A DNA stretch of 63,962 bases, the filler included, from Caldilineae bacterium (GTDB taxonomy: Bacteria; Chloroflexota; Anaerolineae; DTLA01): assembly GCA_037446815.1 (NCBI GenBank). It is 3 parts of 3 records of this genome, joined end to end, with 100 filler letters (N's around TTAATTAATTAA, not from the genome) between each part and the next. Parts side by side here need not be neighbours in the genome. Positions count along the whole stretch, not along the records: positions 23,829 to 47,422 come from JBBIHX010000036.1; positions 47,523 to 63,962 come from JBBIHX010000057.1; 1 more part is not named here. The stretch is one strand, 5' to 3'. The notes under the pieces are model-generated. The model was not told the DNA's origin, did not search any database, and was given only the letters and a program-made list of their open reading frames with translations. The first letter of the stretch is position 1. The number at the start of each line of letters is the position of its first letter. Below are positions 38,535 through 47,735 of this stretch, one piece after another. The position numbers and the translations under genes were made by a program.

Positions 38535-39312
38535 GCGACTTTCCTCCTTGTTGTGGGATTTCGGTTGTGTGCCAGTCCACCGTTACCTTTCGGCCTTCCG
38601 CACCTTGAAAAGCCATGCGGAGTTCACGAACGCTTGGCGCAGCCAGATTGAACAGCGTGCGGTTCTGCATCTCACCGAGACGATGGGCATCGCCGTTCAC
38701 CACCAGCGGCCAACCGCGCAGTTCAGGCCACCGCGAGAAGCCCTCCTGCGGGCGGAACCGCGCCGTAACCTCCAGCGCGTCCGCGCCCAAGGCCGGCGGC
38801 ACCATGCCCAGGTTCGCCAGCAGGCTGAATGCCGGCCGGTCCACGTGCGCCGGTATTGCCAGCCCGCCCATGGCATGAACCCGCGCCACCGCCTGCTCCG
38901 CCGTGATGTCCGCCGAGGTCGCCAGCAGCCGCTCCTCGGTGCGCACCCATTCGCCGTCGGCGTCCACCACGTACTGGGGGCCGAAGAACTCCTCGCGGTT
39001 GGCCAGGGGCGGCAACAGCCCCCAGACTTCCTCTTGCCACGCCAGGCACTGCTCCACCGTGTCAAACAGGCAGAGCATATGCACCTCCTCGCGGGTCTGG
39101 AGTTCCATGCCCGGGAGCACCGCCAATCCCGTCCCGTCGGCTGCGCGTATGACGGCTTCCGCGTTGGCGCAGGCGTTGTGGTCCGTTACCGCGATGAGGC
39201 CAAGCCCCAGGCGGAGCGCCCGCCGAACGATGAGGGGCGGGATCATCTCCACCTCCGCGCACGCCGAAAGCACCGTGTGAATGTGCAAGTCCGCAAGAAT
39301 CGGGCGTAGCAT
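38521..39312 (-). CDS. PHP-domain protein
   Basis: DLHIHT, TDHN, GMEL, PAHVDR, GDAH. Confidence 0.88.
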   Translation of the reverse strand: MLRPILADLHIHTVLSACAEVEMIPPLIVRRALRLGLGLIAVTDHNACANAEAVIRAADGTGLAVLPGMELQTREEVHMLCLFDTVEQCLAWQEEVWGLLPPLANREEFFGPQYVVDADGEWVRTEERLLATSADITAEQAVARVHAMGGLAIPAHVDRPAFSLLANLGMVPPALGADALEVTARFRPQEGFSRWPELRGWPLVVNGDAHRLGEMQNRTLFNLAAPSVRELRMAFQGAEGRKVTVDWHTTEIPQQGGKSHEPT

Positions 39313-39327
39313 CGCGTCCCGTCGCGG

Positions 39328-39684
39328 CTATCCCTGCTCCGGCTCGCCGCGCACGCCGAGGGCCGCCAACTCGCCGACGACGGTAAACGTGGTCTTCGGC
39401 GTCAGGAGCAGGCAGACGCCCTCGCTCTGCGCGCGGGCAACGGTCTCCTCGTCGGGGCGGTTACCCTCGGTGATGATGACGGCCGCCAGGTCCAGCAGGC
39501 TCGCCACGGCCACGACGTTGCTATGCGACTGCAACGTAACCCAGACGTAGCCCTTCTTCGCACGATTCATGGCGCAACTGAGCAAGTCCGAAGCATAGCC
39601 GGCGACAACCCGACGCTCCAGATTCTCAGCGCCCGTCGCGACTTCCAGATTCAGTTCCTGTGCGATTTGCCCCAGCGTAATCAA
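39328..39684 (-). CDS. DRTGG-domain protein
   Basis: GYASDLLS, WVTLQSH.NVVAVA. Confidence 0.85.
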   Translation of the reverse strand: MITLGQIAQELNLEVATGAENLERRVVAGYASDLLSCAMNRAKKGYVWVTLQSHSNVVAVASLLDLAAVIITEGNRPDEETVARAQSEGVCLLLTPKTTFTVVGELAALGVRGEPEQG

Positions 39685-40664
39685 GGTTTCTCCTGTTCTC
39701 TCCCCTGTTCTCTCCCGCCTTCACTCTGCTGAACCGACCCACTGATGACGGGCTGCACTCGGACCACGATTTCTAGCCGCGTGCCCACCCCCACTTGCGA
39801 CTCCAGTTTCATGGCGTCCGAGCACTTCTTGATGTTGGATAGCCCCATGCCGGCGCCAAACCCCAATTCGCGAATCCAGTTCGGCGCGGTGGAAAACCCG
39901 GGCTGCATCGCCTGCTCAATGTCGGGAATACCCGGCCCGTTGTCCGTCGCGACGATGCGGATAACCTCCGGCTGAATCTCCGCGATGAGTTCTCCCCCGC
40001 GGTCTGTGTGAATGATAAGATTCATCTCGGCTTCGTAGGCGGCGATGGCAACCCGCCTCTGCACTTGGGGCGGCGCGCCCAGCCGATCCAGCGCCCGCTT
40101 GATCTTGCTGGAGGCGCTCCCCCCGCCCGTGAAATCCCGCGCCTTGATGCGGTAGCGGAGGATCAGGCCCGTCTGGTCCGACACGATGTCCTCAAAGATA
40201 TGCCGCGCCCGGTATCGGCTGATCTCCTCCGCATGATAGTCCAGGCCGATGGCTTCCAGCAGGCCGCGCGTGATGTCGCCTCCCGTGAGGGTGCCCACCA
40301 GGTTGCCGTCATCGTCCACAACCGGCAGGCGCCCCACCTTGTACTGGGCGAACTTCTTGACCGCCTCCACCACCGACTCGCTGGCCCGCACGGTGATGAC
40401 GGGGGCGGACATCCGCTCTCGCACCGGCGCGTGGATATCGCCGCTCTCCAGCGCCTTGATAAGGTCCTCTATGGAGACGATGCCTACCAGCCGGCCTTGT
40501 TCAAGTACAGGTACCCCCGAGATGCGGTTTACTCGGAGAATCTCTTTCAGTTCGCTCATGGTCGTGTCGGGAGAAACGGTAATGACCGGCGTCGTCATCA
40601 CGCGCTCTATCGGCAGTTCGTAGATCAGTTCCTGTATTCGCGTAATCTGAGGAACCTGCGACAC
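39681..40664 (-). CDS. CBS-pair protein fused to an RsbT-like anti-sigma Ser/Thr kinase (HATPase)
   Basis: Two CBS repeats, then YEAEMN, DNGPGI, GFGAGMGL. Confidence 0.85.
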   Translation of the reverse strand: MSQVPQITRIQELIYELPIERVMTTPVITVSPDTTMSELKEILRVNRISGVPVLEQGRLVGIVSIEDLIKALESGDIHAPVRERMSAPVITVRASESVVEAVKKFAQYKVGRLPVVDDDGNLVGTLTGGDITRGLLEAIGLDYHAEEISRYRARHIFEDIVSDQTGLILRYRIKARDFTGGGSASSKIKRALDRLGAPPQVQRRVAIAAYEAEMNLIIHTDRGGELIAEIQPEVIRIVATDNGPGIPDIEQAMQPGFSTAPNWIRELGFGAGMGLSNIKKCSDAMKLESQVGVGTRLEIVVRVQPVISGSVQQSEGGREQGREQEKP

Positions 40665-40685
40665 AGCCGCTCCCGAGACGGTTCG

Positions 40686-41054
40686 CTAGGATCCCTTCCC
40701 CTGCACATCCAGGTCGCAACTGGCCATCCCAGCCTCAAACAACCTACCGCAGAGTTCAAACATGGAATAGGGTGCCGCGATGAGTGGGATGCCCTTTTCT
40801 TTCGCCAGGGCTATGGTTTCGGGGCCGGGGACCTTCCCACGGACAAAGACGATGGCAGCGATATCGGCCATTTCGGCCGTGCGGACGACTTGCGGATTGA
40901 CGAGGCCGGTCAGGAGCAATGCGTTGGGTTTGGCGAAGGCGAGGACGTCGCTCATGAGGTCGGCGCCGGCGGCGCAGGCAATCTCCAAGTCCAGATTGAC
41001 CCCTTCGGTCAGAACCTTGCCTTCCACCACTTGAATGATGTCGCGTAACTTCAC
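40686..41054 (-). CDS. DRTGG-domain protein
   Basis: ADLMSDVL, LLTGL.NPQVVRTA, FVRGK, CGRL; GTG start after GGAG. Confidence 0.85.
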   Translation of the reverse strand: MKLRDIIQVVEGKVLTEGVNLDLEIACAAGADLMSDVLAFAKPNALLLTGLVNPQVVRTAEMADIAAIVFVRGKVPGPETIALAKEKGIPLIAAPYSMFELCGRLFEAGMASCDLDVQGKGS

Positions 41055-41195
41055 ACTCTTTACTCCAAGGCCAAGAAAAAGGGCAAGGCTCACGGCGAGG
41101 TGGACCTTGCCACGCGGTGGCACATTGCAGCGGTGTGAGCAACGACGAACCTATAGACGGAGTCCATTCTCCCGCATGCCCCTTTGCATTGCGAA

Positions 41196-41233
41196 TTGGG
41201 AATTCTATCACGACCTTGCACATTGTATCACAA
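41196..41233. promoter_or_regulatory. Two tandem Rex-like operators
   Basis: Minus strand TCGTGATAGAATTCCCAA (41196-41213) and TTGTGATACAATGTGCAA (41216-41233), compared with TTGTGA-N6-TCACAA. Confidence 0.5.
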
Positions 41234-41250
41234 AACCCGTTGGGCGTCAA
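41222..41250 (-). promoter_or_regulatory. Sigma70 promoter of the hydrogenase operon
   Basis: TTGACG, 17-nt spacer, TACAAT with an extended TG. Confidence 0.75.
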
Positions 41251-41331
41251 GTTGGACTTATGGAGTTCAAAACATCGGCAAATGCCCGAAACCTCTCATC
41301 TCGCCGTGGAAATACTTCTAGGCCGGGCGCC

Positions 41332-41370
41332 AAAAGAAACTCGGCTTGCCCTCGTCCGGCAAGCCGAGTT
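41332..41370 (-). terminator. Intrinsic terminator
   Basis: AACTCGGCTTGCC-loop-GGCAAGCCGAGTT followed by TCTTTT. Confidence 0.8.
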
Positions 41371-41421
41371 GTCTGAATGCCACAGCGGCGGGTTTCGGCG
41401 CCGCCCTCGGTGCGAGGCCGC

Positions 41422-41805
41422 CTACTTCCCTCCAATGAGCAGAATGCCCGCGGCCACCAGCAGCGTCCCCACCCACTGGCGGAACGCGATCGGCTCGTGG
41501 AACAGCAGCGCCGCGCCTACCACCTGCACCCCTATGACCGCCAACCCCACCGTAACCGGATACGCCACGTGGAGCGGCAGGAACTTCAGCAGCACGGTCA
41601 GCGTGATGACCGTGGCGAGGCCGGCCAGATTCCCCACCACCTGCCACGCGAGGAACCCGCGCCAGTTGCCGCTGGCCGCGGACTGCTTGAAACTGGCGTT
41701 GGCGATGATGTTGAACAGAAGGTTGCAGCCGATGAGGCCCGCCACCTGCACGTTGGCGCGCTCCTGAAGCGCCTCCATCTGCGAGCGAAAGAATCCACGG
41801 AGCAT
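41422..41805 (-). CDS. SMR/DMT-family small membrane protein
   Basis: Four hydrophobic helices, PLHVAYP, FHEPI..QWVG; start codon uncertain. Confidence 0.7.
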   Translation of the reverse strand: MLRGFFRSQMEALQERANVQVAGLIGCNLLFNIIANASFKQSAASGNWRGFLAWQVVGNLAGLATVITLTVLLKFLPLHVAYPVTVGLAVIGVQVVGAALLFHEPIAFRQWVGTLLVAAGILLIGGK

Positions 41806-41920
41806 CTCCCACCTCCCCATGGGCGGCGCGGGCAGTCTCCCCCTGCGCTCGCCCCATGCCTGGTCAGTCCCCGTCCATGCGGGCGTCCCGTCGCGCCTAT
41901 TCTACCCGTCCTCGGCCCCA

Positions 41921-43177
41921 TCACCCAAAACAGACTCCCCCGCGCTTGATGACCGTCCCCACCATATTCGTGCCGAACCGATACGCCAGCATCCGGTACG
42001 TCGGCACGTCCAGGATCAGGATGTCCGCCTCCCTGCCCGCCTCCAGGCTTCCGACCCTGTCGCCCACCCCGATGGCGTGGGCCGCGTTGACCGTCGCGGC
42101 GACGATGGCCTCGGCGGGCGTCAGCCGCATGAAACGACACGCCAGGGCGATGATGAACTGCATGGACTCGCAGGGACATGTACCCGGGTTCAAGTCCGTG
42201 GCCAGGGCCAGCGCGCCGCCCTGGTCAAGGATGGCGCGCGCAGGTGTGTACTCATGGTGCCCCAGGCCGAAGGGCGTGCCCGGCAGCGACACCGCAATCA
42301 CGTCCGACTGCGCCAGCATCCGAATCTCGCCCTCGGACGTGGCCACCAGATGGTCTGCCGAGACTGCGCCCAATTCCACCGCCAGCGCCGTGCCGCCCAG
42401 CGCCTTGAACTCGTCCACGTGGATTTTGAGGCCCAGACCCAACGCTTTCGCGCGCTCCAGGATGCGGCGGCTCTGATCCACCGAGAAGGCCCCATCCTCG
42501 CAAAACACATCGCAAAAGCGCGGGCGGGATTCGGCGGGCAGCGCCGCCACGGCAGGCAACATCTCGTTCACCACCAGGTCAACGAACCCCTCCGTGTTGC
42601 CCTTGTGCTCCGCGGGGACGGCATGCGCGCCGAGGAACGTGGGCACCAGTTCCACCGCCTGCTCGCGGTTCAGGCGCGCGATGGCGTGCAGCATCTTCAC
42701 CTCGTCGGCGGTGGTCAGCCCGTAGCCCGTCTTCGCCTCGGCGGTCGTCGTGCCGTGCGCCAGCATGCGCTCAAGCCGCGGCATGGACTCGCGCACCAGG
42801 TCCTCCACCGAGGCGGCGCGGGTGGCGCGGACCGTGTTCATGATGCCCCCGCCCGCCGCCATGATCTCCATATACGACGCGCCCTTGAGCCGCATCTCAA
42901 ACTCGTCGGCGCGGTGCCCCGCGAACACGCAATGGGTGTGCGGGTCCACGAAGCCGGGCATGACCACGCGCCCGCCCGCGTCCAGCGTCCGCTCGGCCCG
43001 CACCGTGCGCCGCAGTTCGTCCGTGGGGCCAACGGACACAATCCGCCCATCCCGCACGGCCACCGCGCCGCCCGGGATGATGCCCAGGTCGTTCATCTCC
43101 GGGCCGCGCCGGGGTTCCCCGCCGGGAGACAGGGTCAGCAATTCGCTTGCGTTGACGATAAGTAGGTCAGCGTCCAT
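41921..43177 (-). CDS. hutI: Imidazolonepropionase
   Basis: PGFVDPHTH, GGGIMNTV, GTTTAEAKTGYG, ATDLNPG. Confidence 0.95.
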   Translation of the reverse strand: MDADLLIVNASELLTLSPGGEPRRGPEMNDLGIIPGGAVAVRDGRIVSVGPTDELRRTVRAERTLDAGGRVVMPGFVDPHTHCVFAGHRADEFEMRLKGASYMEIMAAGGGIMNTVRATRAASVEDLVRESMPRLERMLAHGTTTAEAKTGYGLTTADEVKMLHAIARLNREQAVELVPTFLGAHAVPAEHKGNTEGFVDLVVNEMLPAVAALPAESRPRFCDVFCEDGAFSVDQSRRILERAKALGLGLKIHVDEFKALGGTALAVELGAVSADHLVATSEGEIRMLAQSDVIAVSLPGTPFGLGHHEYTPARAILDQGGALALATDLNPGTCPCESMQFIIALACRFMRLTPAEAIVAATVNAAHAIGVGDRVGSLEAGREADILILDVPTYRMLAYRFGTNMVGTVIKRGGVCFG

Positions 43178-43202
43178 GAAATCTCCTTGTCGGCAATGAG
43201 GG

Positions 43203-45608
43203 TCAAGGTTTGAGCACCAGCCTGCTCACCGTGGCCTCCTCCACCTGCTCGGGGGTCCACAGCATGGGATGATAGGTTACATCGCGCCAGGGCAAAATCA
43301 TGTCGGCGTAGTGCTTGTGGTACGTGTGCCCGGACTGGCCGGTGGTGTGCATGGATTGCGACCGGCTGAAATCGGCCAGGTCCACAATCTGGCGGTAGGA
43401 CGGCAACACGCTGACCTCGTAAGGGCGCATGATGTTGAACGGCGTGTTGTTCACCACTTCGCCCGCGCCGTTCACGGGCACAGGCCCTCGGTTCAGCAGC
43501 GCCTCAATGGGCGCGATGCCCGACTTGCCCAGCGATTGATTGCGGAAAGTCGCCGTGTGCACGCTCCCCCACTTCCAGCGTGGCATGTCCGGCCCCAGGC
43601 GTTTGGTCAGGTCGTCCACCGCGTCCTTGAGCGCGCGGAGCAGAATATCGTCGCGGGTCTCCGTTTGCGCCGTGCGCTTGTCGTCAAACCACGGCCAGTT
43701 GGGGTCTTCCAGCCCCCTAATCATCGCGACGGTGGTCATGGACGACGAGGCGAAGTACTGTTTGAAGATGCTGGCCCCCATCTCGTCCAGGTACGTGTCG
43801 CGCACTAGGTGCAGGAGCGCCGCCCCGAAGATGGCCGCGCCCGCGCTGTCCTTATCAAAGCGATAGTCCCAACCCTTGAGGATGTCCAGCGCCTGGCGCA
43901 GGTCCGTCGCCTGCGGCTTCAGGTTCAGGAAGTACGGCAGCACCTCCTTCGCCCCCAGCGACAGGGTGTCGGCATGCATGGCCTGGATGTCCTCCGCCGA
44001 CAGTTTCGCCTTGGCCTGAATCATCTCGGTGATACGCGCCGCACGGTAGCCGCTGCCCCACTCCAGCGACACCAGGTACGGGTACTTCTCGTCCACCACG
44101 GCGTGATTCGCCGTAACCACGAACCCCTGGCTTGGGTTGAACAGGTAGGGCATCTCCTCAAACGGCACGTAGCCCAGCCACTCGTATTCGCCGGTGTGGC
44201 CCGGCACGGGCATCAGCCCGTCGCCTTTGGCGCGAATGGGCCACTTGCCGGTGGACTGGTAACCGATGTTCCCCTGCACATCCGCGTACACGAAGTTCTG
44301 CGCCGCGATGTCCCAGTCGCGCAGGGCGTTGCGGAACTCGTCCCAATTGTGTGCCAAGTCCAGTTTCACCACCGCCTGGAACAGCGTGTTCGGCTCCAGG
44401 GCCGTCCAGCGCAGCGCCGTGCCCGTCGGCAGAGGCCCCATCACGTCGTCCACAATAGGCCCGTGGTGGGTGATGCGCACCGTCAACTTCACCGGCTCGC
44501 TCTGCCCGGCAACGCGAATCTCCTCCTCCACAACCTGCATGTCGCGCCATTGGCCCTGGAACTCGTACTGATTCGGGTTATTCGGATTGATTCTCTCCAC
44601 GAACAGGTCTTGCACATCCGGGCCCAGGTTGGTAACGCCCCAGGCGATGTAGCGGTTGTGGCCGATGATGACGCCGGGCGCGCCTGGGAATGAGGCCCCC
44701 ACCACGTCAAAGTCGCCGCCGTGCAGCCCGATCTCGTACCAGATGGACGGCATCTGGATGGACAGGTGCGGGTCGTTGGCCAGGATCGGCGCGCCGGTCG
44801 TGGTGCGGCTGCCCGCGATAACCCAGTTGTTGCTGCCCGCGCCCAGCACCTCGCGGCCCGCAAACCCGTTGACCTGCTCCAGCGTGGCCAGCAGCGACGT
44901 CCCCACATCCTGCCACGCCACGCCCGTGGGCACGATGACGGGGTGGTCGGGGCGATACGCGGGGAGCAACTGCTGCACGGCCTCCTCGCCGAACTTCTTG
45001 AGCAAGACCGCGCGCGCGATTTCCGTGTCCATGTTCCCGCCCAGGTCGTAGGCCATCACCTTGGCCCACGTGAGCGTATGGATAGGCGACCACGGCTCCG
45101 GTTCAAACTTGGCGCCGGTCAGCCCCAGCAGGGTGAACTCTATGCCCAGCCGCCCCTTGCGCTGCTGAATGTACGCCGTTACGCCGTCGGCATAGGCTTG
45201 GAGGATGTCGCGGGTCGTGGAATCCATGCGGCGCAGTTCCTCCTCGGCCACGCGGGCGAATCCCACGGTCCGCAGGAACTTGTCCGATTCCAGCGCGCTC
45301 TTGCCCAGGATTTCGGCCAGCCGCCCCATCCCGATGCGCCGCCAGAACTCCATCTGCCACATGCGGTCCTGGGCGTGGACGTACCCCTGGGCGAAGAAGA
45401 GATCGTGGTTATTCTGCGCGTAGATGTGGGGAATGCCCCACGCGTCCCGCAGGACGCGCACCTCGGCTTGGAGGCCGGGGACGGTGAGCGTGCCGCTCGT
45501 CTGCGGGAAGTTGCGGCGCACCAGGTAGACGCCACCCCCACCGATAACCAGCGCCAGGACAACGAGGAACACCAGGACACCCAGCAGGACTTTCTTCAGG
45601 GTTCTCAT
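43203..45608 (-). CDS. Penicillin acylase / Ntn-hydrolase family protein
   Basis: RDAWGIPHIYA, GSNNWV (nucleophilic Ser), ANDPHL, GQSGH; N-terminal TM helix. Confidence 0.93.
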   Translation of the reverse strand: MRTLKKVLLGVLVFLVVLALVIGGGGVYLVRRNFPQTSGTLTVPGLQAEVRVLRDAWGIPHIYAQNNHDLFFAQGYVHAQDRMWQMEFWRRIGMGRLAEILGKSALESDKFLRTVGFARVAEEELRRMDSTTRDILQAYADGVTAYIQQRKGRLGIEFTLLGLTGAKFEPEPWSPIHTLTWAKVMAYDLGGNMDTEIARAVLLKKFGEEAVQQLLPAYRPDHPVIVPTGVAWQDVGTSLLATLEQVNGFAGREVLGAGSNNWVIAGSRTTTGAPILANDPHLSIQMPSIWYEIGLHGGDFDVVGASFPGAPGVIIGHNRYIAWGVTNLGPDVQDLFVERINPNNPNQYEFQGQWRDMQVVEEEIRVAGQSEPVKLTVRITHHGPIVDDVMGPLPTGTALRWTALEPNTLFQAVVKLDLAHNWDEFRNALRDWDIAAQNFVYADVQGNIGYQSTGKWPIRAKGDGLMPVPGHTGEYEWLGYVPFEEMPYLFNPSQGFVVTANHAVVDEKYPYLVSLEWGSGYRAARITEMIQAKAKLSAEDIQAMHADTLSLGAKEVLPYFLNLKPQATDLRQALDILKGWDYRFDKDSAGAAIFGAALLHLVRDTYLDEMGASIFKQYFASSSMTTVAMIRGLEDPNWPWFDDKRTAQTETRDDILLRALKDAVDDLTKRLGPDMPRWKWGSVHTATFRNQSLGKSGIAPIEALLNRGPVPVNGAGEVVNNTPFNIMRPYEVSVLPSYRQIVDLADFSRSQSMHTTGQSGHTYHKHYADMILPWRDVTYHPMLWTPEQVEEATVSRLVLKP

Positions 45609-45671
45609 CGCAACGCCTCCCTTTGCCGAAAGTTCAAGCCGATGCCGACGCGATACAGACTTGGTGCCGAG

Positions 45672-47012
45672 TTATCCGAACACTTGTCCCGCAACCTCCG
45701 GGGCGTACCGGAGGACGATTTCCTTTGTGATGGCATTCGCCGCGCAGATGTCGCCGTAGACCTCCCCGCTGCGCTTCAGCGTGCGCTCCTGGGTCTCAAA
45801 GTTGGTGTGGTACAGGCCGAACCTCGCCGCGTACCCCTCGGCCCACTCAAAGTTGTCCAGCAGCGACCAGTGGAAGAACCCCCTCACGGGCGCGCCGTCG
45901 CGGATGGCGCGGTGCACCGCGGCGGTGTGGGTAATCATGAAGCGCGGGCGCTGGGCGTCGGTGTTGTCGGGGATGCCCGTCTCCGTAACGATGATGGGCT
46001 TGCCGTACTTGCTCAGGCGCATGAGCAGGCGGTACAACCCGTCCGGACAAATCTCGCCCCATCCGTCCATGCTGTACTCCGCGCCCGGCATGGGGAAGCG
46101 GCGGGCGAAGAACGTCCCCGGCTGGCGCAGGTCAAACGCCACCATGTCGCGGCCGTAGTAGTCAATCCCGATGTAGTCCACGCTGTTCACCGCCTCCGGC
46201 ATCCTATCCCATCGGCCGATGGGCGGGCGGAAGACGCCGTCCATCGCCGCCGCCAGCGCCACGCCGTTCATCATCCAGTCCAGCACTCCCGCCACAAACC
46301 TATCCAGCGGCGAGCGCGGGTTCCAGGGGTCAAAGGGCCGCATGTAGTGCACGAAACTCACCATGGGCGGCTCGGCGATGCGCGCGTGCAGTTCCCGATA
46401 GGCCAGGGCATGGGCGCGCATGAGGTGGCGCAGCACCCGCATGGCCGTGCGGAAACTTTTCTTCCCCGGCGGCCACTGCCCCATAATGTAACTCATCAGC
46501 GCCAGGATCACCGGCTCGTTGATAGTGGCCCAGTAGTGCGCCAGCGCCCCCAGTTCGTCGGCCACCTTCGCCGCGTACCGGCGGAACAGGTCTATCGTCT
46601 GCGGGTTCTCCCAGCCGCCTTTGGCCGCCAGCCATCGCGGGAGCGTGAAGTGGTACAGCGTTACCAGCGGCTCCAGACCCCGCGCGCGCAGCGCCTCCAG
46701 CACCCTGCGGTAATGCGCAATCGCCTCCGGATTCCACTCTCCCTCGGACGGCTCAATGCGGCTCCATTCCAGCGACAGGCGGTGCGCGTTGTTGTTGAGC
46801 GCCTTGGCCAGGTCAAAGTCCTGCTCGTACCGGTTCCACTGGTCGCAAGCCAGGCCGGATTTGGAGCCATCGTGAATCTTTCCCGGAATCTGCTCCCAGT
46901 CCCACCAGTCGTTGTTGGTGTTGTTCCCCTCCACCTGGTGTGAGGCGGTGGATGTGCCCCAGAGGAAGCCTTCGGGGAATTCCAAGCGGGCATCTTTGGT
47001 CTCGCGTGTCAT
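45672..47012 (-). CDS. Glycoside hydrolase family 1 (beta-glucosidase-like)
   Basis: FLWGTSTASHQVEG, TINEP, VTETG, WSLLDNFEW. Confidence 0.94.
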   Translation of the reverse strand: MTRETKDARLEFPEGFLWGTSTASHQVEGNNTNNDWWDWEQIPGKIHDGSKSGLACDQWNRYEQDFDLAKALNNNAHRLSLEWSRIEPSEGEWNPEAIAHYRRVLEALRARGLEPLVTLYHFTLPRWLAAKGGWENPQTIDLFRRYAAKVADELGALAHYWATINEPVILALMSYIMGQWPPGKKSFRTAMRVLRHLMRAHALAYRELHARIAEPPMVSFVHYMRPFDPWNPRSPLDRFVAGVLDWMMNGVALAAAMDGVFRPPIGRWDRMPEAVNSVDYIGIDYYGRDMVAFDLRQPGTFFARRFPMPGAEYSMDGWGEICPDGLYRLLMRLSKYGKPIIVTETGIPDNTDAQRPRFMITHTAAVHRAIRDGAPVRGFFHWSLLDNFEWAEGYAARFGLYHTNFETQERTLKRSGEVYGDICAANAITKEIVLRYAPEVAGQVFG

Positions 47013-47099
47013 CGCTTCCCTCCTAGAAGTGCGTGAGCCTTATTGCGGGCGATGAGGTCCCGATTCCAATGTTGAGTGGACTGCGCCCTACGCAGCGGA

Positions 47100-47127
47100 A
47101 GTATACCACAAGAGGACGGCGCGTCAA
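47100..47127 (-). promoter_or_regulatory. Sigma70 promoter of the GH1 operon
   Basis: TTGACG, 16-nt spacer, TATACT with an extended TG. Confidence 0.7.
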
Positions 47128-47129
47128 GG

Positions 47130-47233
47130 AAAAAGGGCCGCCTCCGCGAACGGGCGCAGCCCTCTTCGTGCCCCCACGGGCGCCCTGGGAAGAAGGGTTT
47201 GGTTTGGTGCAAACAGGTCGCACGGGGGTTGCA
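47130..47233 (-). ncRNA. Candidate ~105-nt small RNA
   Basis: TATACT at 47239-47244, a structured body, and a GC hairpin at 47135-47162 followed by TTTTT. Confidence 0.4.
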
Positions 47234-47422
47234 TACCCAGTATAACGCGCGCCGATGAATTCCCGATGACAAAACCGGCGTCCGCAGATGACAATTCGTA
47301 AAGCAAGCGGCGCGAACTGCGACACGGCGAAGCGCGTCGCGCGTTCGCCAGCCGAGCGCTTCGCCTCCGGCTAGCACGACAGCCAGGTGTCATTCTGAGC
47401 GGCGAAGCCGCGAAGAATCTCG

Positions 47423-47522
47423 NNNNNNNNNNNNNNNNNNNNNNNNNNNNNNNNNNNNNNNNNNNNTTAATTAATTAANNNNNNNNNNNNNNNNNNNNNN
47501 NNNNNNNNNNNNNNNNNNNNNN
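47423..47522. other. Artificial contig linker
   Basis: 44 N, TTAATTAATTAA, 44 N. Confidence 0.97.
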
Positions 47523-47715
47523 TGCGGTTCGCCTACCCCTTGCCCGCGCTGAAGGAATACCGTATCGCCGTGGCGGGCGAGGGGGCGCTGGTGTCGTTCT
47601 GAACGGCGGAGGCCGTGAGGAACCTCGTAGAGCAAGTTGCCAACTTGCTCTACTCTGCCCAATCCGTGACATCCGGGGATATACCGTGGAGAGCAATCGC
47701 CTCGCTCGCAAGGAC
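47523..47715. repeat. Mosaic repeat array (A, B, GTAG palindrome, G), a reverse-oriented relative of 1400-1540
   Basis: GTAGAGCAAGTTGCCAACTTGCTCTAC at 47627-47653 with similar flanks. Confidence 0.85.
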
Positions 47716-47735
47716 GGATGGCGAATCCCCAGCGC

